A DNA stretch of 64,000 nt, taken from NCBI RefSeq assembly GCF_009914755.1, contig NC_060932.1, one strand, 5' to 3'. Positions within the stretch are counted from its first letter, which is position 1. Each line of letters starts with the position of its first letter. The notes beneath the pieces were generated by a model. That model saw nothing but the letters and a program-made list of their open reading frames with translations, was not told the DNA's origin and did no database searches. This DNA is from the human T2T-CHM13v2.0 reference genome, Homo sapiens. Shown in pieces: positions 1 through 13,887 of this stretch. The position numbers and the translations under genes are program-made.

Positions 1-199
1 ATTTCAAAACCACTTGCTGTACACAATATATACAATTTTTATTTGTCTAAATAAATAAAATGTCTTAGAAAAAATAATGACTGCAGTTTATGAAACCATA
101 CTGAACATAGCCGAGCCATGAGTTCATGATGACTCCAGAAGGAAGTTACAAAAACCTGGTATATTCATCCATTCGTGCAGAGCTAAAATAATTACCTGA

Positions 200-522
200 G
201 GCTGGCATGGTGGCTCACGCCTGTAATCCTAGCACTTTGGGAGGCCAGGGCAGGCAGATTGCCTGAGCTCAGGAGTTCAAGACCAGCCTGGGCAACATGG
301 TAAAACCCTGTCTCTACTAAAACATACAAAAAAAAAAAAAAAAGCCAGCCATGGTGACGGGCGGCTGTAGTCCCAGCAACTCAGGAGGCTGAGGCACGAG
401 AATCACTTGAACACAGGAGGCAGAGGTTGCAGGGAGCTGAGATCGTGCCACTGCACCCCACAGCCTGGGCAACAAAGTGAAACTGTCTAAAAACACAAAA
501 ACAAAAAACAAAACAAAAAAAA
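200..522 (+). mobile_element. Alu inserted in a MaLR LTR
   Basis: Dimeric Alu with A-rich tail. Confidence 0.95.
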
Positions 523-526
523 ACCC

Positions 527-887
527 CACGAGACTGGGTAATTTATAAAGAAAGGAAGTTTAATTGACTCACATTTCCACAGACTGTACAGGAAGCAGGG
601 CCAGGGAGGCCTCAGGAAACTGACAATCATGGCAGAAGGTGAAGGGGAAGCGGGCACAGCTTGTGGCCAGAGGGAGGAAGAGAGAGGAGGAGGAGGAGAG
701 AGCGAAGCGGAAGGTGCCACGCACTTTCAAACAACCAGCTCTGGAGAGCACTCGCTCGCTATCACGAGAACAGCAAGGAGGAGCTCTGCCTCCATGATCC
801 AATCACCTCCCACCAGGCTCCTTCACCAACGTTGGGGATTACAATTCAACAGGAGATCTGGGCAGGGACACAAACCCAAACTATGTC
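527..887 (-). mobile_element. MST/THE1-type MaLR LTR (remainder lies upstream of the Alu at about 160-199)
   Basis: gagactgggtaatttataaagaa...catggcagaaggtgaagggga...gggacacaaacccaaactat signature. Confidence 0.8.
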
Positions 888-1269
888 ACCTGGGCACGGG
901 GCAGCAGCTTGGATCTCCCAGGAGTGGACCCTGAGACAGGAAGGCCCGTGCTGGAGGTGGGTCAGGGAGTGCAGGAAGGGGTGGGAAGGACTGGGCGGCG
1001 GAGACACTGAGCCTCAAGGTCAGGCTTGGAAGACCTCACAGGGACTCTGCAGGGGTGGGGAGTACCCTTCCAGGTGGCTCTGAGCTGGGATGATGGGACA
1101 GGCCTTCTCGGCCACTGGGATCGGTCAGACATTGCCCATCTGTTGATCGAAACGTATCAGGAGCAGCGTTACCACCGGTACCTGCTGGCCCAGCCCAGCT
1201 CACTCCAACAGAGACAACCAGACCTTATATGCCTCATGACGTGGTGCAACGGGAGGCAGAAAGCACTCC

Positions 1270-1478
<209 letters not shown>

Positions 1479-1788
1479 GCCCTCCTGTAAAATATTCTCC
1501 CCAGACAATTGAACATGAATCTAATCAAGCCACACAGGAAATACAGAGGCTGGAGAAGCAAGTCCAAGGACAGCAAATTCCTACATGGAAACATCTACAT
1601 GGAGCTGACTGCTCTCCCTAGAGGCCAGCATCACAAAAGAGCAGGCTGGGGTGACTGCCTTAGACAGAGGGAGACTTTAAGAACCCTAAAACCAAAACAA
1701 CCAAATGCACATGGCCTTTGTTAGGAATATCCCATCAAATTATAGAAAGATGCTTTCACACAATCAGGAACACAGAGATGTAGACAGG

Positions 1789-2146
1789 TGTGTTAGTCCG
1801 TTTTCACGCTGCTAATAAAGACACACCCAAGACTGGGTAATCTATACAGGAAAGAGGTTTAATGGACTCACAGTTCCGCATGGCTGGGGAGGCCTCACAA
1901 CCATGGTGGAAGGCAAGGAGGAGCAAGTCACGTCTTACTTAAATGGATGGCGGCAGGCAGAGAGAGAACTTGTTCAGGGGAACTCCCCTTTATAAATCCA
2001 TCGGATCTCGTGAAACTTATTCATTATCACGAGAACAGCACGGGAAAGACCCACCCCCATGATTCAATCACCTCCCACCAGGTCCCTCCCACAACATGCG
2101 GGAATACAAGATGAGATTTGGGTAGGGACACAGCCAAACCGCATCA
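1789..2146 (-). mobile_element. THE1 solo LTR
   Basis: tgtgttagtccgttttcacgctgct ... gggacacagccaaaccgcatca termini. Confidence 0.9.
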
Positions 2147-3084
2147 ACACGGCTTCAGATCACATGACGAAATTATTCTAAATATTCGTGGGGGTGGTAA
2201 CAGCATCATGGCTTTGTAAGAAAATGTCCCCTTTAAGAGAGTCACAGCAACATCACAGATGACGATGACATGTGGGATTAGCTTTTAAACACACGGTCGA
2301 AAGAGAGGCTGGGATGCCAGAGCAAGGGCAGCAAAGTGTTCACGGCTCTTGAAGCTGCATGAGGGGCGTGGAGTTCCCTGTGGGGTCCGGATATTTTCAT
2401 AATGAGATGTTTGCATTCTCTCTAGTGTGCACTCAGAAGAGGAGGTGCATCCTATCCCTACAGGGCTCTTCGACTGCCCAAGGATGATGTTTTTAAAGTT
2501 GCCGAATTTCTGTCACTTATTTGTTCTGTCTTCTTTTAAGTTAGCCCAGAATCTCAGAGTCCCTGGCACTTGAAAGAAGCTGGGGCTAATTACAAGGAGA
2601 ACAAATGGGGCCTGTGGAGGCAGAAGGACCTGGGCTCAGGTTGCAGCTCTATGCTAAGGTAGTTTTTTTATTGTGCTGTCTTGACCCAGTTTTGAGGCCC
2701 TGGCTAGAGACCGGTCAGTTCCCTCCTTGACCACGCCCTTTACGGCCCCTCACACTCCAGGCCACTGCACACCCTCCTGGATCGCCCCAAGGCTAAGCTC
2801 CAGACAACCGTGGACAGCCCTGTGCCCCAGAGCTCAAAATCGCCCAAACTAGCCAATCCACAGGGAGCCCAAGCAACCCAGCCACCCCACCTGCTGCCGC
2901 CCACCAGCCGCCCGGCAGCCCCAGCTGGCTGCTACCCCATCCCCGGGTGCCCCATGTGGCCCTGCCCAGCAGCCTTCCTTGTTTGGAGCTGTAAGTGACA
3001 AAGCACTCTGCCTTTCTTCTCTGGAGTGTCAGCGTGCCATGCCCTACATCAGAAGAAACTTCAAAGTCTATAAAACAGACATAG

Positions 3085-3387
3085 GGCTGGGCATACTGGC
3101 TCATGCCTGTAGTCCCAGCACTTTGGGAGGCGGAGGTGGGAGGACTGCTGGAGCTCAGAGGTTTGAGACCAGCCTGGGCAACACAGCAAGACCACAACTC
3201 TAAAATATATATATATATATATTAGCCAGGCATGGTGGTGCCCCCACTGCAGTCACAGCCACTCAGGAGTCAAAGGTGAGAGGATCACCTGAGCCCCAGA
3301 GTTTGAGGTGACAGTGAGCTATGATCATGGTATTGCACTCCAGCCTGGGTGACAGAAAGAGACTCTGTCTCAAAAAAATAAAAATAA
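3085..3387 (+). mobile_element. Alu (J-like) with TSD taaaacagac(a/c)tag
   Basis: Dimer; (TA)n in the middle linker; TSD at 3071-3084 and 3388-3401. Confidence 0.92.
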
Positions 3388-3510
3388 TAAAACAGACCTA
3401 GATGGGCCTGGGATGGGGCCCCAGTTCTGATGCTCACCATGTGTTTGCCCTTGGGTGACCTGCTGCTCCCTTGGCTTTCTTGCCTAAAGATGGGGACCCC
3501 AGATGCACGA

Positions 3511-3982
3511 GGCCAGTGCAGGGGCTGGGGGAGAGAACACAGGTGGTTGATGCCCAGGACCAGTGCAGGGGCTGGGGGAGAGGACACAGGTGGCTGATGC
3601 CCAGGACCAGTGCAGGGGCTGGGGAAGAGGACACAGGTGGCTAATGCCCAGGACCAGTGCAGGGGCCGGGGGAGAGGACACAGGTGGCTGACAAAGGTGG
3701 CTGATGCCCAGGACCAGTGCAGGGGCCGCAGGAGAGAACACAGGTGGTTGATGCCCAGGACCAGTGCAGGGGCCAGGGGAGAGGACACAGGTGGCTGATG
3801 CCCAAGACCAGTGCAGGGGCTGGGGGAGAGAAAACAGGTGGCTGATGCCCAGGACCAGTGCAGGGGCCGGGGGAGAGGACAGAGGTGGCTGTTGCTCAGG
3901 GCCAGTGCAGGGGCCGGGGGAGAGGACACAGGTGGCTGTTGCTCAGGGCCAGTGCAGGGGCTGGTGGACAGGACGCAGGTAG
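3511..3982. repeat. 47-bp minisatellite, about 10 copies
   Basis: Unit ggaccagtgcaggggctgggggagaggacacaggtggctgatgccca; spacing 3513 to 3560. Confidence 0.95.
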
Positions 3983-4589
3983 CAACCTTCGTAAAATGCC
4001 AAGCTTCGCAAATGTTGACTATAACTTCTCTCTACAGCTCCCAATACGTGTTATGTCTTCAGCATTCCCAGCCAGGCTATACACAGCTGGTACCCTTCAG
4101 TGAAGATGACCCCAGCCCAGGCGTAAATCCTTATCACTCTCAGCCAAGTGTGGTGCAACAGTCCCCTGTGTCCATAATTAGTTTGCTCAAAGGCATGGAG
4201 AGTAACTCTGGCCCAGAGGATGTCTGCTAGGGGGTGATTAGAAAGGTCTCCTCACTCTGGACGCCACCTCCAGTAGGACAGATTGGTTTCCAGCAGGCAC
4301 AGTCTCCCACCGATGATCAAAGAACCAGATAAATCACAAAACCATATTTTTTGAGACAATAGGGAGCTGGAGAAGCAATGAGAACAAGATAAACTAAAAT
4401 TCCAGAGTCAAGAGACCGTTCAGAGCTGACCTGAAAATCCGCAGCCCCTTTGCTCTGAGGCAGTTGCTGACTTGAGGCTGGCTGAGAATGTGGCTCTGCA
4501 CAAGGCAGAGGCTGCTGCTAAGGACAGAGAAAAAGGCAACACTTTTGGTGGCTATGCAGGCCCAAGCAACCGAATTGGAGAGTCAAAAG

Positions 4590-5672
4590 GCCTCAAACGT
4601 ATGGTTGGTGTTCGCCATCATCCTGAAGCAGCTGGATTGATAGAACAGTGGAATGGGTGACAACTAGGTGATAATACTTTGCTGGGGCAAAGTTCTCCAG
4701 AACACTATGCATGCTCTGAATCAGCCTCCAGTATATGACACTGTTTCTCCCATAGCCAGGATTCACAGGTCTAGAAATCAAGGGGTGGAAGTGGCACCAC
4801 TCACCATCACCCCTAATGATCCACTAGCAAAATTTTTGCTTCCTGTTCCCACAACATTACATCCTGCTGGCCTAGAGGTCTTAGTTCCAGAGGGAGGAAC
4901 GCTGCCACCAGGAGACACAACAACGATTCCATTACACTGGAAGTTAAGATTGCCACCTGGACACTTTGAGCCCCTCCTACATTTAAGTCAACAGGCTAAG
5001 AAGGGAGTTACAGTGTTGGCTGGGGTGACTGACCCAGACTATCAAGATGAAATCAGTCTACTACTCCACACTGGAGGTAAGGAAGAGTATGTATAGAATA
5101 CAGGAGATCCATTAGGGCATCTCTTAGTATTACCATGCCCTGTGATTAAGGTCAATGGGCAACTACAACAGCCCAAACCAGGCAGGACTACAAGTGGTCC
5201 AGACCCTTCAGGAATGAAGGTTTGGGTCACTCCACCAGGAAAAAAACCACTACCTGCTGAGGTGCTTGCTGAAGGCAAAGGGAATACAGAATGGGCAGTA
5301 GAAGAAGGTGGTCATCAATACCAGCTACGACCACGTGACCAGCTGCAGAAACGAGGACTGTAATCGTCAGGAGTATTTCCTGCTTATTTTGTTAAAAACA
5401 TATTTGTGCATGTATACACTTGTACTAAGCAGATATCTTCATTTTATTTCCTTTTTCCTTTATCATGTGACATAAGATTCATTGGCTTCATATCGGCATT
5501 TAAGTATCGTTAAGTTTATGTAATAGTATTTGCGTTGGGGATGGGTGCACTTCCGGTTGTACGATGGATAGTTGTATTATGTTAGGCGTAATTATGACTT
5601 TATTATTGTCTTTATTTGAAGATTACGTATGATCTCAGATGTGTATGGGTTCAAGTTGACAAAGGGTGGACT
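4590..5672 (+). mobile_element. HERV-L internal relic (integrase fragment, dUTPase-like region, 3' end)
   Basis: HHPEAAGLIEQWNG integrase motif; LEVLVPEGGTLPPGDT...GVTDPDYQDEI dUTPase-like segment; stops and frameshifts; purine tract before the LTR. Confidence 0.88.
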
Positions 5673-5962
5673 TGTGATGGTTAATACTGAGTGTCAACTT
5701 GATTGGATTGAAGGATGCAAAGCACTGATCCTGGGTGTGTCTGTGAGAAAAACATGAAGAGACTGAACGGGCCTAGCCCGCCAGCCTGCATCTTTCTCCC
5801 GTGCTGGATGCTTCCTGCCCTCCAACATCAGACTCCAGGTTCTTCAGCTGTGGGACTGGGACTGGCTTCCTTGCTCCTCAGCTTGCAGACAGCTTATTTT
5901 GGGACCCTGTGATCGTGTGAGTTAATACTACTTAATAAACCCTCCTTTAGATAGGTAGGTAA

Positions 5963-6020
<58 letters not shown>

Positions 6021-6059
6021 CCTATTAGTTCTGTCCTCTAGAGAACCCTAACTAATACA
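5673..6059 (+). mobile_element. MLT2A-type 3' LTR of HERV-L
   Basis: TGtgatggttaatactgagtgtcaacttga ... gagaaccctaactaataCA; contains AATAAA. Confidence 0.88.
5964..6020. repeat. (TAGA)n tetranucleotide microsatellite, about 14 units
   Basis: Direct read. Confidence 0.97.
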
Positions 6060-6099
6060 GTTGGTTTCATATAAATCTTAGAATCTGGCTGTCAATTTC

Positions 6100-6620
6100 C
6101 ACACATGAAAACTAAAACCACAAAATAAGTGCCACTACCCACCCAGCAACATAGCTAGAACCGAAAAGGCCGACTATAGCAAGCATTGGCAAGGTTGTGG
6201 AGCAACTAGAGCTCGTTTACAAAACTCGTGGAAATAGGAATCGGTACAACCACTTTGGAAAAGTGTTTGGCAATGCCTATTAAAGCTAAGCACATACGTG
6301 TCCCACTCCGGGTATTTGCCCGGTAGAAATGAGGGCTTATGTCCACCAAAACATATGCGGAGAACGCTCAGAGCAGCATTCTTCTAAAAGCCAAAACAAC
6401 ACAGCCAAATGCCCCCAGCAGGGGAGCGCCGCAGGAGGCTAACGACGCCAGCATTTTCACACACCAACGCTGCACCCAGCAAAGCAGCTGACAGCGAGGG
6501 GACTCCCGGCACACACAGCAGCGTGGACGAACTCAGACGCATATTGTTCAATAAAAGAGGCCAGACTCCATACTGCGGGATTCCATTTATACAATGTTTT
6601 AAAACAGACAAAAAGGTAGC
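6100..6620 (+). mobile_element. Old L1M 3' fragment
   Basis: ggcaaggttgtggagcaactag...caaccactttggaaaa...ttccatttata L1 3' signature. Confidence 0.7.
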
Positions 6621-6759
6621 CTGTGGGGTTTCTGGAATGTCCCATATCTCAGTACGTGTGGCTCTGACACGTTATTTTATATGTGTGTGTCACATATGTA
6701 TGTCACGCAGATGACATCATTTTGTCAAGGTGTGCGTTCCAGAGTTGCACATTTAAGCT

Positions 6760-7160
6760 CTATCTTAGTCCATATGTGCTGCTGTAACAGTACCTGAGAC
6801 TGGGTCATTTACAACACAAAGAAATTGATTGGCTCACTGTTCTGGAAGCTGGAAGTCTGAGGTCAAGGTGACGACAGTTTCGGTGTCCAGTGAGGCTATT
6901 TACATCATCTAAGACGACACCTTGTATGCTGTGTCCTCCAGAGGAGAGGAAGGTGAGACCCTCACATGGCAGAAGGCAGAAAGGCCAAGAAGGGCCTTTT
7001 ACAACAAAACGGCCTCCTCAGTCCTTTTACAACAGCACTAAACTCACCCAGGAGGATGTCCCCCTGACAGTCTACTCACCCTGCAGGCCCCACCTCCTAA
7101 CACCATCACCTCGGCAATTAAACTCCAACATGAGCTTTGGAGGGGACAAACCTCCAAACC
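6760..7160 (-). mobile_element. MaLR LTR (MSTC/MLT1A-like)
   Basis: tcttagtcc...gagactgggtcattta...ggctcactgttctggaagctggaagtctgaggtcaagg. Confidence 0.75.
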
Positions 7161-7574
7161 ACGCCTGGCTAATTTTTGCATTTTTAGTAGAGAGGGGCTT
7201 TCACCACGTTGGCTAGGCTCTATATAAATTATACCTCAATTCTTCCAATGAAACAAACAAGGAGATTTGTGCAGGAATGTTCATAGCAGCACTATTTTAA
7301 ACAGCCAAAATCTAGAACTCCCCAAAGCTCTTCCACTGTGGCATTGATAGGTACCTTTGGCGTGGTTGCGTGCGCACTGCCACATAGCACGGAAAGAACC
7401 AAACAACCCGATCCTCAGCAGTGCCGACAGACCTCGGGGCCTCCAGAAGACACCAGCAGAGACAAGCGCCTGCTAGAGGTTCCAAGCGCAGATGGTGCCC
7501 GGTTTACGACGGCTCGACTTAATGATTTTTTGACTTTACAATAGGCTTCTCTGGGTATTAAATGCATTTTCGAC

Positions 7575-8318
<744 letters not shown>

Positions 8319-8969
8319 TCGACTTACCATATTTTCAACTTGCAATGGGTTTACTGGGACATAATCCATTTGTGAGTCAAGGAGCACCTGTATATAAAAT
8401 GGGCCCAGCTATTCTATGGTATGAAAACTCAGGAAGCAGGCCACCCTTGAGGGTGGTAGTGCCTGGAAGAGAGAATGAGGGAGCCTCCCAGGTGCTGCTA
8501 AAGGACTGTTTCCTGGTCTAGAGGCTCATTCCGTGGATATTTCCAACTTGCAAAAGGGCATCATGCTGTATGCTTTATTTGTACATTTTTCTATATGTAT
8601 GTTATATCTAAAAGCAAACAACAAACATCATGGCGTGGAAGATGGGTTCTTCCTTCTTTGGACTGTTGTGTTTGTCTCCAACGTCTGGAACTGCAGCAGC
8701 CATTTTGTGAGCATGAGGGAAGCCGTCCTGAGCACTGAGGGTTGCAGGGTGAGGAGGTGGGAAAATCCTGAGCCCTTCTGCTGCTGAGCCACTGGGTTCG
8801 CCACCTCTGCGGTGGCCCTACCTTGAGACTTCCCGTTACATGATAGACTTTTCTCACCATTCATGATATTACTTTGAATCCTATTTTCTCCAGTTTTTAG
8901 CCAAAGGCTTAGTAACCCACCCAGTACTATGAGGGAAAGGTTCAGACAGGAAGAGAAGCCCAAAGGGAA

Positions 8970-10486
<1,517 letters not shown>

Positions 10487-11289
10487 TCAAAGAAAACTTT
10501 ATACGAAAGCTCAACCTATAAATAGACAAAAGCACAGCTAGTCCTTTTTAAGTCAGATTTGGGAAGTCCAGGCCCCTGAGCCCTCCCCTGCGGCCCCTTG
10601 AGACACCTGGGTGGGGTCCCAGCACTCTGAGGAGCCTACTCGGAGGCCATGGCCATGCTCATAGGAGCGCGAGGGCTCCCAACCTCAACCTCTGGCTCTG
10701 GCTGGGGCCAAGGGCCGGGGAAATGCAGCTAGCACTGGCAGAAGGGACTGTAGCTGCCCGTGGGACAAGAGGGCTTAAAAAGCTGCCTAAAGAGTGCTCA
10801 TGGAAGGCTGAGCTCTGAGTGAGACCCAAAATCTGTGGATGAGGCGGCTGTTCCCAACAGCACTGGGAACTTAAAGAAAGAGAATGAGGAACCTGAAGTC
10901 CTAAATCTGGCTCAAGATGCAGCCTGAGACTGGGACTTCCTGTCCTGTAGCTAAAGGACCTTCTGCTCTTGCCGATATGGCTGACAGAGCCAGAGCCAAC
11001 GCCGAGTGTGATCCCCCAGGATGCTCTGTGCAGATCAGCCGAGCTCCACCCCGGCAGGAGCTCAGTGTGAAAGTCAGAGCGTCGGCCTAGAGCTGGGGGA
11101 GAGGAGTGGAGGACCCGGGAGTCTCCTGAACCCCAGCCTGCCTTCGGCCAAGGCATCCGCATCTGACGAGGCTGCACCCGCCCTGTCTGAGGACCCTGCG
11201 CCCACTCCACCTCCGAGACAGGTCAGGAAGAAGCTGGTCGCACCCAAGACCCTGCCAGCTCCCCGCTACCCAGGCCTCCAGCTTACTTC

Positions 11290-11600
11290 TAACTGCAGTC
11301 AGAACGTCATGCCCCAGGGCACAAAGCATATTCAAACCTGAAAGGAGGAGGCTACCTGGCAAAAGATTCACAAGAGTTTGTTATTTTACATCAGCAAACA
11401 TCTGGTGAATATGAGTGGAGCTAGGGAGGGCATCGTTTTGGATTGAGCTCAATGTGTTGGTCTGGACGCCCTCAGTGGAGATTTCATATTTGAAGGGATA
11501 GCTCTAGCAGCTGGCAGGAGCTCGAACAATTTGCTTAGCTTGGTGACAAAAACCTGGAATTCACAGTGGCCACGTGGAGCCGAGAGGCGCAGCTGATAAG
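11290..11600 (+). mobile_element. Degenerate ERVL gag-like relic
   Basis: Translates patchily as HQQTSGEY...LSGDFIFEGIALAAGRSSNNLLSLVTKTWNSQWP, resembling ERVL gag as I recall it. Confidence 0.45.
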
Positions 11601-13116
11601 GAAAGAGGACTTAAGCTAGGTGCAGTGCACAGAGGCCCCCTGGCTGGGGACGGAGGCCCAGCCAACGTCTCTGCAGCAGTCCTTGGGCCGGGGCCAGTTC
11701 ACAGACCCTGCTGTCCTCCCGGCCTCCTGCACGGGGCTGCTGCCATTTGTCAGAGGAGCCAGCAACTGAGAAAGGAAAGTGCCCTGATCTCTCGGGGGAG
11801 TCTGGCACGGGCTCCAGGCCATCACTGCTTTTTCTGGGCACCCTGGCTGCCCAGGGATTTTGCAGTGTGGTGGGGGCATATGAGGGTGAGGTGACTGAGT
11901 TGTGGCCCAGTTCTGCCCTCAAGCTCAGTGGGAATAGAACCTCCCCCTTGGTGACTTTCCCAATCCCGAGGTGCAGTGGCTACACCCACAGCATGCAGGC
12001 TCATCTTAAAGGCTCTCCCACCTTGGAGGAAGGATCTGCAGGACGTAACCACTAGTGAGGCCACACTCGGCGGTCCAACCATCAGCACCACGACCAGGGA
12101 CGTGAGAGGCACAGGGCCCATTCCCTCGCTCCCAACTCACCACCTGGCTGGTGAATGGTAAGCGGGACCTGAGGAATAACAGCAACCATCAGATGCTCAG
12201 GTGGCAATTTACCCACAGGTCTACGCTGGCTCTTGGAACACAGGGCTAGTGATCGGGAAAATATGTTTTTCTCCCTGCCAATAAGCAGAAAACACACAAA
12301 TGGGTTCCCTCGTCTGCCAGGGATGCAGCACTCCCTTCCTGTCTTGCTCCAGGGCTTCTCTGGCCAGCTCTGTGCCTCGGTTTAGACTGAGGGGCCTCAA
12401 TGGTCTCACGTGGCCCCGGCACCAACAGCCCTGAGCCCCGGGAGAGCCGAAAGCTGCTGAAACTTCAGATGTCCTAGTGCAAACTCACCTCCAAAAGCGG
12501 AGCTGGAGAAATGTGGGACCCACCACTCAGTGCATTCCCAGGGCCCAGTGGTCGGGGCCAGGGTGGGTTTCGCCCATGAAACTGAAGGACCAGTGCACCC
12601 ACCAAGATGGAGCTCAGCTCCTTATGCAGGAAAGACACCTGCATTTGGCTCTGCTGTCCCCACAGAGTCAGCAGTGGTTCAAGGGCTGCAGCAGGAATGG
12701 TGCTGCCCTGCCCTGGCCCGGTGGACCCAATGGTATCCGCCAGCTGTGCCAGAACAAGTCCTGGACAGAGCCTGTGGCAGCCCTGGGAGGAGGAGAGCCA
12801 CACAGACCCTGGGGTCTGAGCAAGGTATGGCCCCTCGCAAGAAGCTCTTCGCAGCAGTCAAGGAGCTGGCAGGGCCACGTTTCCTCCGGAGACTCAAGGG
12901 GAAAGTCCCTCCTGGCCAGGGGCTCCCAGGGCTCCCCACCTTCCTGGGCTTGTGGCCACATCACTCCGGTCTCTCCTCTGTCTCCACACTTCACATCTCC
13001 CTGCTTTCTTTTGTAAGGACATCTGTTACCCTAACTCCAGATGATGTCTTCCCAAGATTCTTAATTACATCTGCAAATACCATTTGCCCAAACAAAGGCA
13101 CATTCATGCATTCAGG

Positions 13117-13475
13117 TGATACGGTTTGGCTGTGTCCCCACCCAAATCTCACCTTGAATGGCAGCTCCTATAATCCCCATGTGTCGTGGGAGGGACCCGG
13201 TGGGAGGTAACTGAATCATGGGGGCAGGTTTTCACATGCTGTTCTCGTGTTAGTGAATAAGTCTCAGGAGAACTGATGGTTTTACAAAGGGCAGTTCCCC
13301 TGCACACACTCTCTTGCCTGCCACCATGTAAGACTAGCCTCTTTCATCTTCCACCATGATTATGAGGCCTCCCCGGCCATGTGGAGCTGTGAAAGAGCCA
13401 TTAAACCTCTTTTTCTTTACAAATTACCCAGTCTCGGGTAGGTCTTTATTAGCACCATGAGAACAGACTAATACG
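13117..13475 (+). mobile_element. THE1 solo LTR nested in an older MLT1 fragment (about 12850-13530)
   Basis: tgatacggtttggctgtgtccccacccaaatctc ... gaacagactaatac. Confidence 0.9.
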
Positions 13476-13887
13476 TGGCCACTGGGGCTTGGACATGTCT
13501 TTTCAGGGGACTGTTTGACCCACATCACGACTCTTTCCACGAAACAGCTTCTGACTGGTTAGCAGCCCAGATGGTGAGCATGTGCCTGGCACTGGGCTCC
13601 AAGGGGTCGTGCCACTGGACAGCCCACCACGAACAGGTGTTTTCTGATCCATGGAGTCTTGCAGTAAAGGTGGCCACCACAGTCCACTTCCCCGGGGAGG
13701 GGGAGAGACAGGAGTGGCCCTAGGGTCCTCTGCACCTACGCCCTCCCTCTCAACCTATGAACTCCAAGGAACCTTTCAACAAACTCCTCTTCTGCTCCAA
13801 CCAGCCAGAGTCCATTGCAGTTCCCCACAGTTGGGGTCCCTGTCTGATACAGCAGAGAAGGTGAAGCCTCCGACACAGGGGCAGAGA

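Noticed and set aside
4668-5363. dUTPase/integrase-like ORFs as a domesticated gene
   Set aside because: HERV-L relic with a deletion, frameshift and in-frame stop at 5094-5096; catalytic motifs look degraded.
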